A DNA stretch of 64,000 nucleotides, taken from contig OZ245053.1 in the NCBI GenBank assembly GCA_965224645.1, positions 3,350,881 through 3,414,880 on the forward strand, written 5' to 3'. The notes beneath the pieces are model-generated. The model was given only the letters and a program-made list of their open reading frames with translations. It was not told the origin of the DNA and searched no databases. The position numbers and the translations under genes were made by a program. This document shows, one piece after another, positions 35,846 to 44,084 of the stretch. Source of the stretch: Woeseiaceae bacterium. GTDB taxonomy: Bacteria; Pseudomonadota; Gammaproteobacteria; Steroidobacterales; Woeseiaceae. Positions within the stretch are counted from its first letter, which is position 1. Every line of letters starts with the position of its first letter.

Positions 35846-36940
35846 TGTCCCTCCCATAAACTCGTCAGCCTTGATTTTTCTGGACTTTTTGCGATGAGCT
35901 ACTAGCTTTGGAGAATGAGCAAATGGCTATCGATTTTCTACAAGTACATTCTTTCAACCTTCAAAACGCATCGGGACTTGGCGTTTGAGAACCTGCTGCT
36001 TCGCCAGCAAGTCGCCGTTTATAAGCAAAGTACTTCTCGGCCCAAGCTGACTCCGGGAGATCGGTCGTTTTGGGCATTAGCATCGAGACTCTGGGCAGGC
36101 TGGCGAGACGTCGTACAAATTGTGAGCCCCGAAACGGTCGTACGATGGCATCGTGAGGGGTTTCGTCGACATTGGGCGCGCAAGTGCCGAAAGCAAGGCC
36201 GACCGCAGATAGATAAAAGGATCCGGTTGCTCATTCGGCAAATGTGCATGGCGAATCCGCTTTGGGGAGCACCCCGAATTCATGGGGAGCTCTTGAAGCT
36301 GGGCATCGAGGTGTCCGAGTCGGTGGTTTCCAAGTACATGATTCGACAGCCGAAGCCGCCATCTCAAGGTTGGCGCACTTTCCTCGACAATCATGCGAGG
36401 GACATCATCGCCACAGACTTCTTCCCCGTCCCGACGGCGACCTTTCGGGTGCTGTTCGTACTGGTAGTTCTCAGCCACGATCGGCGGAAGATTTTGCACA
36501 CGAACGTAACCGAGCACCCGAATGAAGAATGGACAGCCAGACAGATCATCGAGGCATTCGGAGTAGATAGCACGCCGAGATTTCTCGTTCGCGATCGCGA
36601 TCGGAAATTCAGCGCATTCGTAAGTCGACGATTGGCGTCGGCGGGGTTGACGGAAGTTGTAACGGCGCCGGCCTCGCCCTGGCAGAATGCCTACGCGGAG
36701 CGTGTCATTGGTACGATCGGGCGGGATTGTTTGGACCACATGATCATTCTGGGTGAGCAGCACCTGCGAAGAACGGTCAAGCGATATGCCAACTATTACA
36801 ACAATGTACGCACGCACCTGTCATTGGAAAAGAACTCGCCGAACGGGCGGCTCATTCATTTCCCGAAGCAGGGCAGTATTCGCTCGCGCGAGCATTGTGG
36901 CGGATTACATCACGAGTACTTCCGGCAGGCCGCGTAGACA
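35846..36940 (+). mobile_element. IS481-like element copy 1 (left IR present, right IR missing)
   Basis: The left end TGTCCCTCCCATAAACTC is homologous to the left end of copy 2 at 59598. Sequence diverges from the other copies immediately after the transposase stop, so no right inverted repeat is present. Confidence 0.65.
35915..36937 (+). CDS. DDE transposase, integrase-core (rve) type, IS481-like
   Basis: 340 aa. It contains PLWGAPRIHGELLKLG (HTH), DIIATDFF, LVRDRDRKF, SPWQNAYAERVIGT and YYNNVRTHLSL. It is roughly three-quarters identical, by eye, to ORF 59668..60690. Confidence 0.85.
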   Translation: MSKWLSIFYKYILSTFKTHRDLAFENLLLRQQVAVYKQSTSRPKLTPGDRSFWALASRLWAGWRDVVQIVSPETVVRWHREGFRRHWARKCRKQGRPQIDKRIRLLIRQMCMANPLWGAPRIHGELLKLGIEVSESVVSKYMIRQPKPPSQGWRTFLDNHARDIIATDFFPVPTATFRVLFVLVVLSHDRRKILHTNVTEHPNEEWTARQIIEAFGVDSTPRFLVRDRDRKFSAFVSRRLASAGLTEVVTAPASPWQNAYAERVIGTIGRDCLDHMIILGEQHLRRTVKRYANYYNNVRTHLSLEKNSPNGRLIHFPKQGSIRSREHCGGLHHEYFRQAA

Positions 36941-37000
36941 AGGGTTCGGAAAGAGAAATATGACCTTGAATACATATGCATTCTATGGCATATTCTGGCG

Positions 37001-37354
37001 ATGACTTGGGAAGTGGAGTTCGAGGGCGAGTTTGAGGCTGAGTTCGACGAATTCACAGACCCGGTTAAGACAGAGCTTTTGGCAAGGGCGAAAGTCTTGG
37101 CGCAGTTTGGGCCGATGCTTGGCAGACCCAATGTCGATACTCTGAATGGTTCGGAGCATGCGAACATGAAGGAGCTTCGGTTCACTGCGGATGGTGGCGT
37201 TTGGCGGGTCGCATTTGCATTCGATCCTGAGCGTAAAGCCATTCTGCTTTGCGGTGGGGATAAGGAGGGTAAGGATCAGAAGCGGTTCTACAAGGACCTG
37301 ATCCGTCTCGCCGACGGGCGTTTCAAGAGTCACCTGGAACGCCTAAAGAAATAG
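37001..37354 (+). CDS. RelE/ParE-superfamily toxin, Gp49/DUF891 (HigB-like) type
   Basis: 117 aa. LRFTADGGVWRVAFAFDPERKAILLCGGDKEGKDQKRFYKDLIRLADGRF is typical of Gp49-like addiction-module killers. An HTH antitoxin ORF follows 12 nt downstream. Confidence 0.75.
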   Translation: MTWEVEFEGEFEAEFDEFTDPVKTELLARAKVLAQFGPMLGRPNVDTLNGSEHANMKELRFTADGGVWRVAFAFDPERKAILLCGGDKEGKDQKRFYKDLIRLADGRFKSHLERLKK

Positions 37355-37366
37355 AGAGGTATTGTT

Positions 37367-37702
37367 ATGGGAACTTCACTACAGCAGAAGATTGAGCAAC
37401 TGCCACCGAAGCAGAAGGCAGAGGTTGAAGCTCGCGCCGATGAGTTGATTCTCGAGGAGCTGTCATTGCGTGCCCTCAGGAAGGGGCTCAAGCGAACACA
37501 AGTTGAAGTCGCGAAAGCGTTGGGGACTGGTCAGGACACGGTGTCTCGCCTGGAGAGTCGCTGCAATATGATGGTGTCGACGCTTGATCGGTACGTCAAG
37601 GCGATTGGTGGTGAAGTTTCTATTGTCGCCGAGTTCCCAGATCGACCACCGGTCAAGTTGACGTTTGAAGGCATGTCAAAGGATCTCGAAACAGCAAAAT
37701 AG
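37367..37702 (+). CDS. XRE-family HTH antitoxin (HigA-like)
   Basis: 111 aa with LRKGLKRTQVEVAKALGTGQDTVSRLES (HTH_3). Toxin-first order is typical of higBA modules. Confidence 0.75.
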   Translation: MGTSLQQKIEQLPPKQKAEVEARADELILEELSLRALRKGLKRTQVEVAKALGTGQDTVSRLESRCNMMVSTLDRYVKAIGGEVSIVAEFPDRPPVKLTFEGMSKDLETAK

Positions 37703-37822
37703 CCTCTAGACTGTTGCCGACAAAATTCCGACACAAGCTGTGCATTGTTGTGCAACGTACTGAAAGTTGGTCAACGAGCGCCGTCTTTTAGGCCTTATTT
37801 TTCAGTAAGTTACAGCGCGCTG

Positions 37823-37872
37823 ACTGGCTACGAACCAGGCGGTCGGGAGTTCGAATCTCTCCGGGCGCGCCA
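37823..37872 (+). tRNA. 3' fragment (about 50 nt) of tRNA-Arg(ACG); not a functional tRNA gene
   Basis: ACTGG-CTACGAA-CCAGG-CGGTC-GGGAG-TTCGAAT-CTCTC-CGGGCGC-G-CCA. These parts are the anticodon arm with ACG, the variable loop, the T arm, the 3' acceptor strand, the discriminator and CCA. It closely parallels E. coli tRNA-Arg(ACG) from memory. No D-arm or GCGCCCG 5' acceptor strand lies upstream. Confidence 0.75.
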
Positions 37873-37916
37873 ATCCGATCAAGGGTTTACAGTTTTTCTG
37901 TAGACCCTTTTTCTTT

Positions 37917-38960
37917 CTAGCGTAGAGAAATCGTAGAGTTGTTCTCTACGATTTCCAGCTCCCGCTCGATTCGAGACGCCGCATCCGACAAATGCTCCGG
38001 TGCCAAGTGCGCATACCGAAGTACCATCTCGTACGACTTCCAACCACCTAACTCCATGAGCTCCTGCAAACCGGTGCCGGCCATCACATGCCAGCTTGCC
38101 CAGGTGTGCCTAAGATCGTGGAACCGAAACTTCTCGATCCCGGCACGTAAGAGCGCCCGTTTCCAGGCAGAGCCCACCGCTTCCATGCGTCTCCCCTGAT
38201 ACGTGAAACACCATTGTTCGTGTTGGCCGTAAGTGGCTTTCAACGCCAGTAGTGCATCCCGGTTCAGGGGAATGCCGCGGCTGTCTCCGGTCTTGGTGGT
38301 GCCCGCATCCAGCCAGGCCACACGCCGATCGAAGTCGACACGACTCCATTCCATCTGCAGGATTTCTCGCATCCTGCAGCCGGTCGCCAGGGCAAATCGC
38401 ACCACCGGTACGAGGTGCCCGGGCAGTTCCTCCAGCAGTCGATCCGCTTCCTCTTTCTTGAGAAAACGGACGCGACGTTTGGGTTCTTTGAGCATGCGTA
38501 TCTTGGGGATACGCGTGACCCATTCCCACTCGTCGCGCGCCATGTGGAGAATACGCCGGACGATCTCGAGAGCGCGGTTGACGGTGGCGTTCTTGACACC
38601 ATCCACCTTCTTTCGATCCTGGATGAACGGCCTCAGGACATTCATATTGATGTCCTTCAGCCGGCATCCACGAAGATACGGATCGAGCTTGGCTAGGTGA
38701 TCCTTGTCGTCTCTCAGACTTCGCTTCTCGGCGTTGTCTTCGAGATAACGCAGGACTGCCTGCTGCCAGTTGTGCTCGGCCGGTATCCCGGTCCGGGCCG
38801 CCTCCACGGCGTCCGCTTTGAGGCGTATCAGATACTCTTCAGCGTCCTTCAGGATCGTAAGTCGAGTGCTCTTGCATACTCGGCGTCCGTCCGGGAGGAC
38901 AACGTCGATCCACCAATACGGCGAATCTTTCCTTCTGTAGAGTCCTTTTTCTCGGGCCAT
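37917..38960 (-). CDS. Tyrosine-type site-specific integrase (phage/island integrase)
   Basis: 347 aa. The N-terminus MAREKGLYRRKDSPYWWIDV is typical. The catalytic residues are ATGCRMREIL (Arg), HDLRHTWAS (HxxR) and GGWKSYEMVLRYAHL (Tyr). It sits 45 nt from the tRNA-Arg fragment. Confidence 0.9.
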   Translation of the reverse strand: MAREKGLYRRKDSPYWWIDVVLPDGRRVCKSTRLTILKDAEEYLIRLKADAVEAARTGIPAEHNWQQAVLRYLEDNAEKRSLRDDKDHLAKLDPYLRGCRLKDINMNVLRPFIQDRKKVDGVKNATVNRALEIVRRILHMARDEWEWVTRIPKIRMLKEPKRRVRFLKKEEADRLLEELPGHLVPVVRFALATGCRMREILQMEWSRVDFDRRVAWLDAGTTKTGDSRGIPLNRDALLALKATYGQHEQWCFTYQGRRMEAVGSAWKRALLRAGIEKFRFHDLRHTWASWHVMAGTGLQELMELGGWKSYEMVLRYAHLAPEHLSDAASRIERELEIVENNSTISLR

Positions 38961-39178
38961 AAATCCTCCTTTATGGCCCGCCCTCGGGACTTAGTCTCAT
39001 CGAGCCAGCGGTCGAGGTCAACCCGGTCGTAGACGAGCCGGCGTCCCAGTCGAACCGGTGGTGGACCGATGCGCCTGAGCAGGGTCCTACCGATACCGAG
39101 ATAGCGCGCGGCTTGCTCGCGGGAGAGGCAGCGTGGCTGGATGCCGGGGAGGGAAGTGGGGTCATCAAATTCGGCCAT
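38849..39178 (-). CDS. Excisionase/AlpA-like HTH DNA-binding protein (start and end uncertain)
   Basis: From the internal Met it reads MAEFDDPTSLPGIQPRCLSREQAARYLGIGRTLLRRIGPPPVRLGRRLVYDRVDLDRWL, the MerR-like excisionase HTH pattern. The ORF tail overlaps the integrase start by about 110 nt in another frame. Confidence 0.55.
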   Translation of the reverse strand: MAEFDDPTSLPGIQPRCLSREQAARYLGIGRTLLRRIGPPPVRLGRRLVYDRVDLDRWLDETKSRGRAIKEDLWPEKKDSTEGKIRRIGGSTLSSRTDAEYARALDLRS

Positions 39179-39258
39179 GATGACCGGAGATTGGTACATG
39201 GACTGCGGTGTTGCCACAGAAAACCCTGTCAGGTGTCGTTCGAAAATTCATGTATCTC

Positions 39259-40101
39259 CTATCCAAGGTAATCTCCAGTGATCAGTATGCGGTCGTGGCC
39301 CAGCTCTCGAGAAATCGTCATGCGCGCGCCCTTATCACGCGCGCGTTGATCGTTGGTAAGGGATTTCGATGCTGGGCCGCCGGCGACCGGTGCCTTCCAG
39401 CCGGTCAGCTCCTCGTAACGCTTTTGGGCGTATCTGTGGCGAAGCCCATGAGGGTTCTTGATGCCGGCTGTACGGATTTGACGGTCGTAGCGATTCTGCT
39501 GCTCAATGTAATTCTGGTCGGGCGGAATCAATGCGCCGCCTTTGGCGAGCGCCCTAACCTCTTCGAGCAGTTGCCGTTGCTCGTCCTTCAGTATCGGTAC
39601 GGTTCTCGCTCGGCCACCCTTGGTCCAGTTGGCCTTCAACTTGATGTGACCGTCCTTGATCGCGTAGTTGGGTGAAAACTTGATCGCTTCCTCGCGCCGT
39701 AGACCAAAGGCCGCCTGTAATCGAAGACTCAGACGGACGTATTCATTTGAGACCTTGGCCAGATGTGCCTCTTTGAGCTCCCAGGCCTTCGATTCCTCGG
39801 CGACCTGGCTGCGCTTGCCGATGTCGAAAGCGGCATTGTTCTTAGGAACTATGTCTGGCTTACCGATCTTCGTGGCCCACCGGCGAAGTGCGGCCATGTA
39901 GTTCTTGAGCGTGCCGACGCTGAGGCCCTGGTCTTTCCATAAGGAGACCAGGGCCTCAACGTGTTTCGGCTTTAAGGATTTCGCCTTCATGCGCCTGTAA
40001 CCCAGCTCGTGCAACTGGTTGGCGATGCGGTCGAGTATTCGTCGTCGTGTCGCCTGGGTGGAAAAGCTTCCATCCCGGTTTGCTTTGCAGAGTTCCTTCA
40101 A
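39259..40101 (-). CDS. Second tyrosine recombinase (integrase domain protein, plasmid/phage Integrase_1-like)
   Basis: 280 aa. It contains AFGLRREEAIKF (Arg), HGLRHRYAQ (HxxR) and LGHDRILITGDYLG (His, Tyr). Confidence 0.75.
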   Translation of the reverse strand: MKELCKANRDGSFSTQATRRRILDRIANQLHELGYRRMKAKSLKPKHVEALVSLWKDQGLSVGTLKNYMAALRRWATKIGKPDIVPKNNAAFDIGKRSQVAEESKAWELKEAHLAKVSNEYVRLSLRLQAAFGLRREEAIKFSPNYAIKDGHIKLKANWTKGGRARTVPILKDEQRQLLEEVRALAKGGALIPPDQNYIEQQNRYDRQIRTAGIKNPHGLRHRYAQKRYEELTGWKAPVAGGPASKSLTNDQRARDKGARMTISRELGHDRILITGDYLG

Positions 40102-41113
40102 TTCGTAATTCAGGTCCTTAATGGTGCATACCTCGATTGGTTAGTTTTGATGACCACCTCGCCGCCTGTTAAGCAAACGAGGTCCGATTCTTAAATCGGA
40201 GATGGTCCAGGGACACCAGTCCCATACGGCCTGAGGCCGTGATCCGGTTCGCCGGGGCCCTCTGTTGAGCGCCGTCGGCGGCTACCAATTGTCGGCCTCT
40301 GCGGCCAGTTGCCTTTCTTGAGTGGATATCTACCTCCTTTATTGCTGGGTGAATGAAACGCCTACGGGCGTACCGACCTGGATTGCCAGACAACGTGTCC
40401 GGTCCAGGTGTGTCTGCGGGGCCCGAAACCCCGCTATCTTGGGAACGGGTGACTCCGACGTAGCCGGATGAACAACCCGTTTGAGAATGCTGAACTTGAG
40501 AGATTCAGCTAGGTGTGAAAATGGATCCTTCGATCAACGATCGCGACTCCAGTCTGCCAGGACCCTTCGGAGCCTTTTTTGCCACACTTGTCGCAGTGGC
40601 CCGCGTTACATGCGGAAAACCCTAGTACAGACCCATCACCCTGTAAAGCGATAAGCCCGACAGTTAGCTGACGGAGTTTTGCCGTACTGATCCTGACAGT
40701 GCTGGACCGATCCCAGAAGGTCCGGTGATTTTTTCACAGCGGTATCGCCAGGCGCTACGTTTGTTGTCCGAAATGCGCAAGACGGCACAAAGCACCCGGA
40801 AATTCACTTGCCTAATCTGGGCATCTGTAGGCATCCTGGCGCAGCATTTTGCCTGGTCGAACAATCCTGCCGGATGCGGCCCGTAGACCGTATCACTCGT
40901 GCGGCACTTCCAGATTGGCCTGCCCAGACTGCATGGCTGTGCGGTTTTCCGGCCGCGTCACTACAGCGCTACGCTCTGGTAGTGACGCGGCCAGCGATCA
41001 TCCTCAAGCCCTGGCTGAGCGTTGCATGCGCATTCGACGCTCCTCCACCGGAGCGTCGAACGCTTCTCAGAAGATATTGCGCAGATCGGCCAGGGTGATC
41101 TCTCTTTCGGGCT

Positions 41114-41303
41114 TTTTAGTTCAATAATGGGCTTCTACGTCGGCCCGTTAGTGTCGTATCGGACATCATATTGTTTAGTTTTGTCACGTTTTGACGAGCT
41201 TCGGCTCGCTGAGATTTGAGGAGACAAGCGATGAGACGATGGGATGCTCTGGCAGATGCCTATATAGAGGAGTACAAGGCCCGAGGCGTCAGCGAGGACT
41301 ACG
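41114..41303 (+). repeat. Direct repeat copy A (190 bp) of the recombinase upstream region plus its first 24 codons
   Basis: Identical to 55710-55895 by my alignment, except for a 4-nt TCGG indel after CTTCTACG. Confidence 0.9.
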
Positions 41304-41356
41304 ACGATACAGCGAGATTGGCCGCATTGTACTTGTCCCATTCGAGGTCAGGGTGA
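41231..41356 (+). pseudogene. 5' fragment of a tyrosine recombinase gene (24 shared codons, then unrelated tail)
   Basis: MRRWDALADAYIEEYKARGVSEDY equals the start of the ORF at 55823. It then diverges (DDTARLAALYLSHSRSG-stop). Confidence 0.8.
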
Positions 41357-41416
41357 TTTTGCTGATTCGCCATGTTGGGCTTTGTCGCTATTCGGCGCAA
41401 TCGCGTTGCACATGCG

Positions 41417-42457
41417 CTACTTTTGGATACCGGCGATATCGGACGGGCTATGCCCGAACAGCCGCTTGAAGCTCGACGAGAAATGGCTGGGGCTCGAAAA
41501 ACCCGCCTTCCCAGCGATGAGTGTCAGCGATTCGACCTCGTCACCAGCGCTCTCAATGTAATCTCGAATGCGCTGCAGTTGGAATAGCCTCGACAATTGT
41601 TTGGGCGTTACTCCGGCTACGTCCTTGATAGCGACTTGTAGTGTGCGCTCCTTCACTCCCGCTGTTTTCGCGATGTCGGCCGTGCTCGGCGACAGCCAAT
41701 GCCGCGTGGCCTTAAGGAAGTTGTGCGCGTCGATGTACACGCGTACTTTGCGATGCGACACATTGGGATGAAGTTCGTCGACGCTCGAGTGCTCCAGCGC
41801 ATTGACCAACGCGCCGGCAATCGAATTGCCTATTCCGGCCGTCATCTGCGTCGACCATTCGTTATGGTCGTCTCCGCTGCAGGCCAGAACGCGATCAATG
41901 ATTGTTCGTAGGGCTGCATCGTTGTGCGCCACACGCGCGTGGCCAAGCCCTACGGTCTCCGGTGCACTGTCGCGATTGGTTCGCAGGTAGTAGGCCGAAG
42001 GGATCGGCGAGGTGGCAGACGGCCAGGTGAGCAAATGCAAGGTCAACGTACCCGTGCCGCGCACCATCAGTGTGTTGCCACCCTGACCATGCCAGAGCAG
42101 AGCACAATCCGATGTGTAGCCCGACAACGAGGTTCCCTGCGGAACCTCTCCCACCAATACGATACCGGTGCGCCCCGACTCCGGCGCGAGCAGTGCCACG
42201 GTGTCGCCGTTGGTGATCAACTGGCTCACGGTCAATCCTCCGAAACTGCTGGCAACGATGTCGCCGGAGAACGCCCGCGGTGACGTAGACAGCATGCTCA
42301 CCGTCCATCCACTGAGGTTCCTCGCCAACTCTTCGCACCGGCGTGAATTGATCGAACAGAAGGAGATGTCGGGATTGATCGACATGGGCCCGGGATCCAT
42401 CGCTCTTGTTCTTCTTGTTAACGACTGATATGACGGTCCCCCCCGGCAAAAAGTCAC
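41417..42457 (-). CDS. AraC/XylS-family transcriptional regulator (start uncertain; 42400 or 42385 also possible)
   Basis: The C-terminal double HTH includes IAKTAGVKERTLQVAIKDVAGVTPKQLSRLFQLQRIRDYI and GFSSPSHFSSSFKRLFGHSPSDI. Confidence 0.85.
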   Translation of the reverse strand: MTFCRGGPSYQSLTRRTRAMDPGPMSINPDISFCSINSRRCEELARNLSGWTVSMLSTSPRAFSGDIVASSFGGLTVSQLITNGDTVALLAPESGRTGIVLVGEVPQGTSLSGYTSDCALLWHGQGGNTLMVRGTGTLTLHLLTWPSATSPIPSAYYLRTNRDSAPETVGLGHARVAHNDAALRTIIDRVLACSGDDHNEWSTQMTAGIGNSIAGALVNALEHSSVDELHPNVSHRKVRVYIDAHNFLKATRHWLSPSTADIAKTAGVKERTLQVAIKDVAGVTPKQLSRLFQLQRIRDYIESAGDEVESLTLIAGKAGFSSPSHFSSSFKRLFGHSPSDIAGIQK

Positions 42458-42473
42458 CCGCCCGGAGGAAACT

Positions 42474-42956
42474 GTGTTTCCGTACGTCGGAAATATGCCT
42501 ATGACGTATGTCGATCCTTTGGGTCTGGATCGACTACCTCCGTCTTATCCTGTTCAGAATCCTGATTACTACCATGGGCCGAAAGGTGACTTTTACGATA
42601 CGACTGGGCGTCCGCGGCCACTTCCAGTGCCTTCGGGACCACAAGCATGCAACTATTACGCAGAGCAGTGCGGCGAAAGTTGTGGGGAGGATGAGTATGC
42701 ATGTAACGCGCAAAAATGTTGCGAGTCGTTTGGCGACAACGTCCTATCCAACTGTACGAGGATGTGCTTGATCAAATCGGATATTTCGCATTGCGCGGGG
42801 TTAGCGGGAGAGGCACGAAGTAACTGTCGTAGAATGGCACATTACAAATGCTATGCCGCTTGCGGAAATATTGTCGATGCAATCGGTACCGGCTTTGGTC
42901 TCGTTCCACCAAGAGAATGTAGAAAGGCTGCGGATGCGATCGGCGGAATGTGGTAG
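42474..42956 (+). CDS. Orphan Rhs/YD-repeat C-terminal tip: core-end motif plus Cys-rich unknown toxin domain
   Basis: It begins VFPYVGNMPMTYVDPLGL, the PxxxxDPxGL demarcation motif that ends Rhs cores. About 140 aa follow with about 14 Cys and no motif I recognise. No YD repeats lie upstream, where the AraC gene start is 16 nt away. Confidence 0.7.
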   Translation: MFPYVGNMPMTYVDPLGLDRLPPSYPVQNPDYYHGPKGDFYDTTGRPRPLPVPSGPQACNYYAEQCGESCGEDEYACNAQKCCESFGDNVLSNCTRMCLIKSDISHCAGLAGEARSNCRRMAHYKCYAACGNIVDAIGTGFGLVPPRECRKAADAIGGMW

Positions 42957-43009
42957 TAGGTGGGCTCGTACGATTGGAATCGTCGACGTCCGTCCCGAGT
43001 ACACGAAAC

Positions 43010-43432
43010 ATGTCTGATATAAGTGTCTCTAGAATAGCGTTTGGGTGCCTTCTAAGTGGCCTAGTGCCTGCTGTACTTGCGCCCGCCCTGTGGCCGGCCG
43101 TCGTGGCAATGACAACGGGTCAGACTTTCTTCGACGCATATCATGTCCCTGTGGCCGAATTTCTGGCGATTGCGGCGATTGCTGGCATTGGTGGTCTTTC
43201 CGGGTGCTTGCTTGTCGGCATACCTGTTCTTTCCGTTCTGCAACGAATCAACGCAAATCGGCCCCACATTGCAGCTATTCTTGGGGCGATAATCGCTTGG
43301 TCTAGCTGGTCTTTCATGGGGCCTGATCATCAAGGCTCAACAGGAATCGCCGTCTGGTTAGTGCCGCTGTTTCTTACTTTACTGGGTGCGGTATGTGGTG
43401 GTTTGGCAAGTTTCCTGGCAACTCGCCGGTAA
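43010..43432 (+). CDS. Small polytopic membrane protein (candidate cognate immunity protein)
   Basis: The internal ATG 43010 gives 140 aa with four hydrophobic helices. It lies immediately downstream of the Rhs tip ORF, where cognate immunity genes normally sit. Confidence 0.55.
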   Translation: MSDISVSRIAFGCLLSGLVPAVLAPALWPAVVAMTTGQTFFDAYHVPVAEFLAIAAIAGIGGLSGCLLVGIPVLSVLQRINANRPHIAAILGAIIAWSSWSFMGPDHQGSTGIAVWLVPLFLTLLGAVCGGLASFLATRR

Positions 43433-43739
43433 ACGACTCGCTCAAGACACTACAACTACTACCGCACCTACGGCTCTGCGACTGGATAGTTGAACTGCTC
43501 CGATTCTTTACGATCCTGCCAGTAGCTACTCTCGTAAAGGTCTGCACGGCAATCATGAATGGTGGATCAAATGACGAAAACAGATAGGTCGCTAGCAGGT
43601 CCTACATTGGTTTTCTCGCTGCTAGTTTGGATTACCGTAGCCTGTGCTGGGGATACATCAGACTCAGAAAGTGTCAATGCGTCCGATTGCAAGCGTATCA
43701 AAGAAGAAGTTTCGTACTTCGTCCAATCTGAGATTGTCC

Positions 43740-43900
43740 TGTTGAGTTGCAGCCAATATTGACCCGGGAATTGCATTGACTTTTCACCCGGGCGATCGAC
43801 GATAGCCCTTTGTAGCCGAACTTTATTCCACGCTTGGACCGGGTCTGCCATTCATGCAAAAAGGTGACGAAATTGGTTCAATCTTCGGTGCAAATCAACA
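43740..43900. mobile_element. 161-bp MITE derived from the IS21-family element (both ends, no genes)
   Basis: The left side TGTTGAGTTGCAGCCAATATTGACCCGGGAATTGCATTGAC resembles the IS21 right end. The right side GGTTCAATCTTCGGTGCAAATCAACA resembles the reverse complement of the IS21 left end (GGCTCAACTTTGGATGCAAATCAACA). Confidence 0.7.
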
Positions 43901-44084
43901 ACTCGGGCCTATGACGATGCTATCTTGCGATAGCATGCGCGAATTAGAGTTTTTCTCGGACTTTCAATACTGATTCTAGTCCAAGCTTGCAGCTGCAAAC
44001 AGCACACAGTGACCGAAGATAAGAATATCCGGTTGTCAACTGGTGTTGAGAGATAGCGGGTCGAAAGGAACGCAGGAACTCTCG

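Noticed and set aside
37777-37872. A complete tRNA gene, a 95-nt tRNA-Sec, or the tRNA-like end of a tmRNA next to the integrase
   Set aside because: Only the 3' portion folds, comprising the anticodon arm, T arm and acceptor 3' strand. Upstream sequence is AT-rich with no GCGCCCG 5' acceptor strand, D-arm or long variable arm, and no tmRNA tag or pseudoknot features. I therefore called it a tRNA-Arg(ACG) fragment.
40169-41098. Short ORFs in the 40.1-41.1 kb region (40169..40393, 40664..40864, 40808..41098, 40849..41127) as genes
   Set aside because: They overlap one another in different frames. I saw no ribosome-binding sites or motifs, and they have nonsense-like composition. The region is better described as non-coding.
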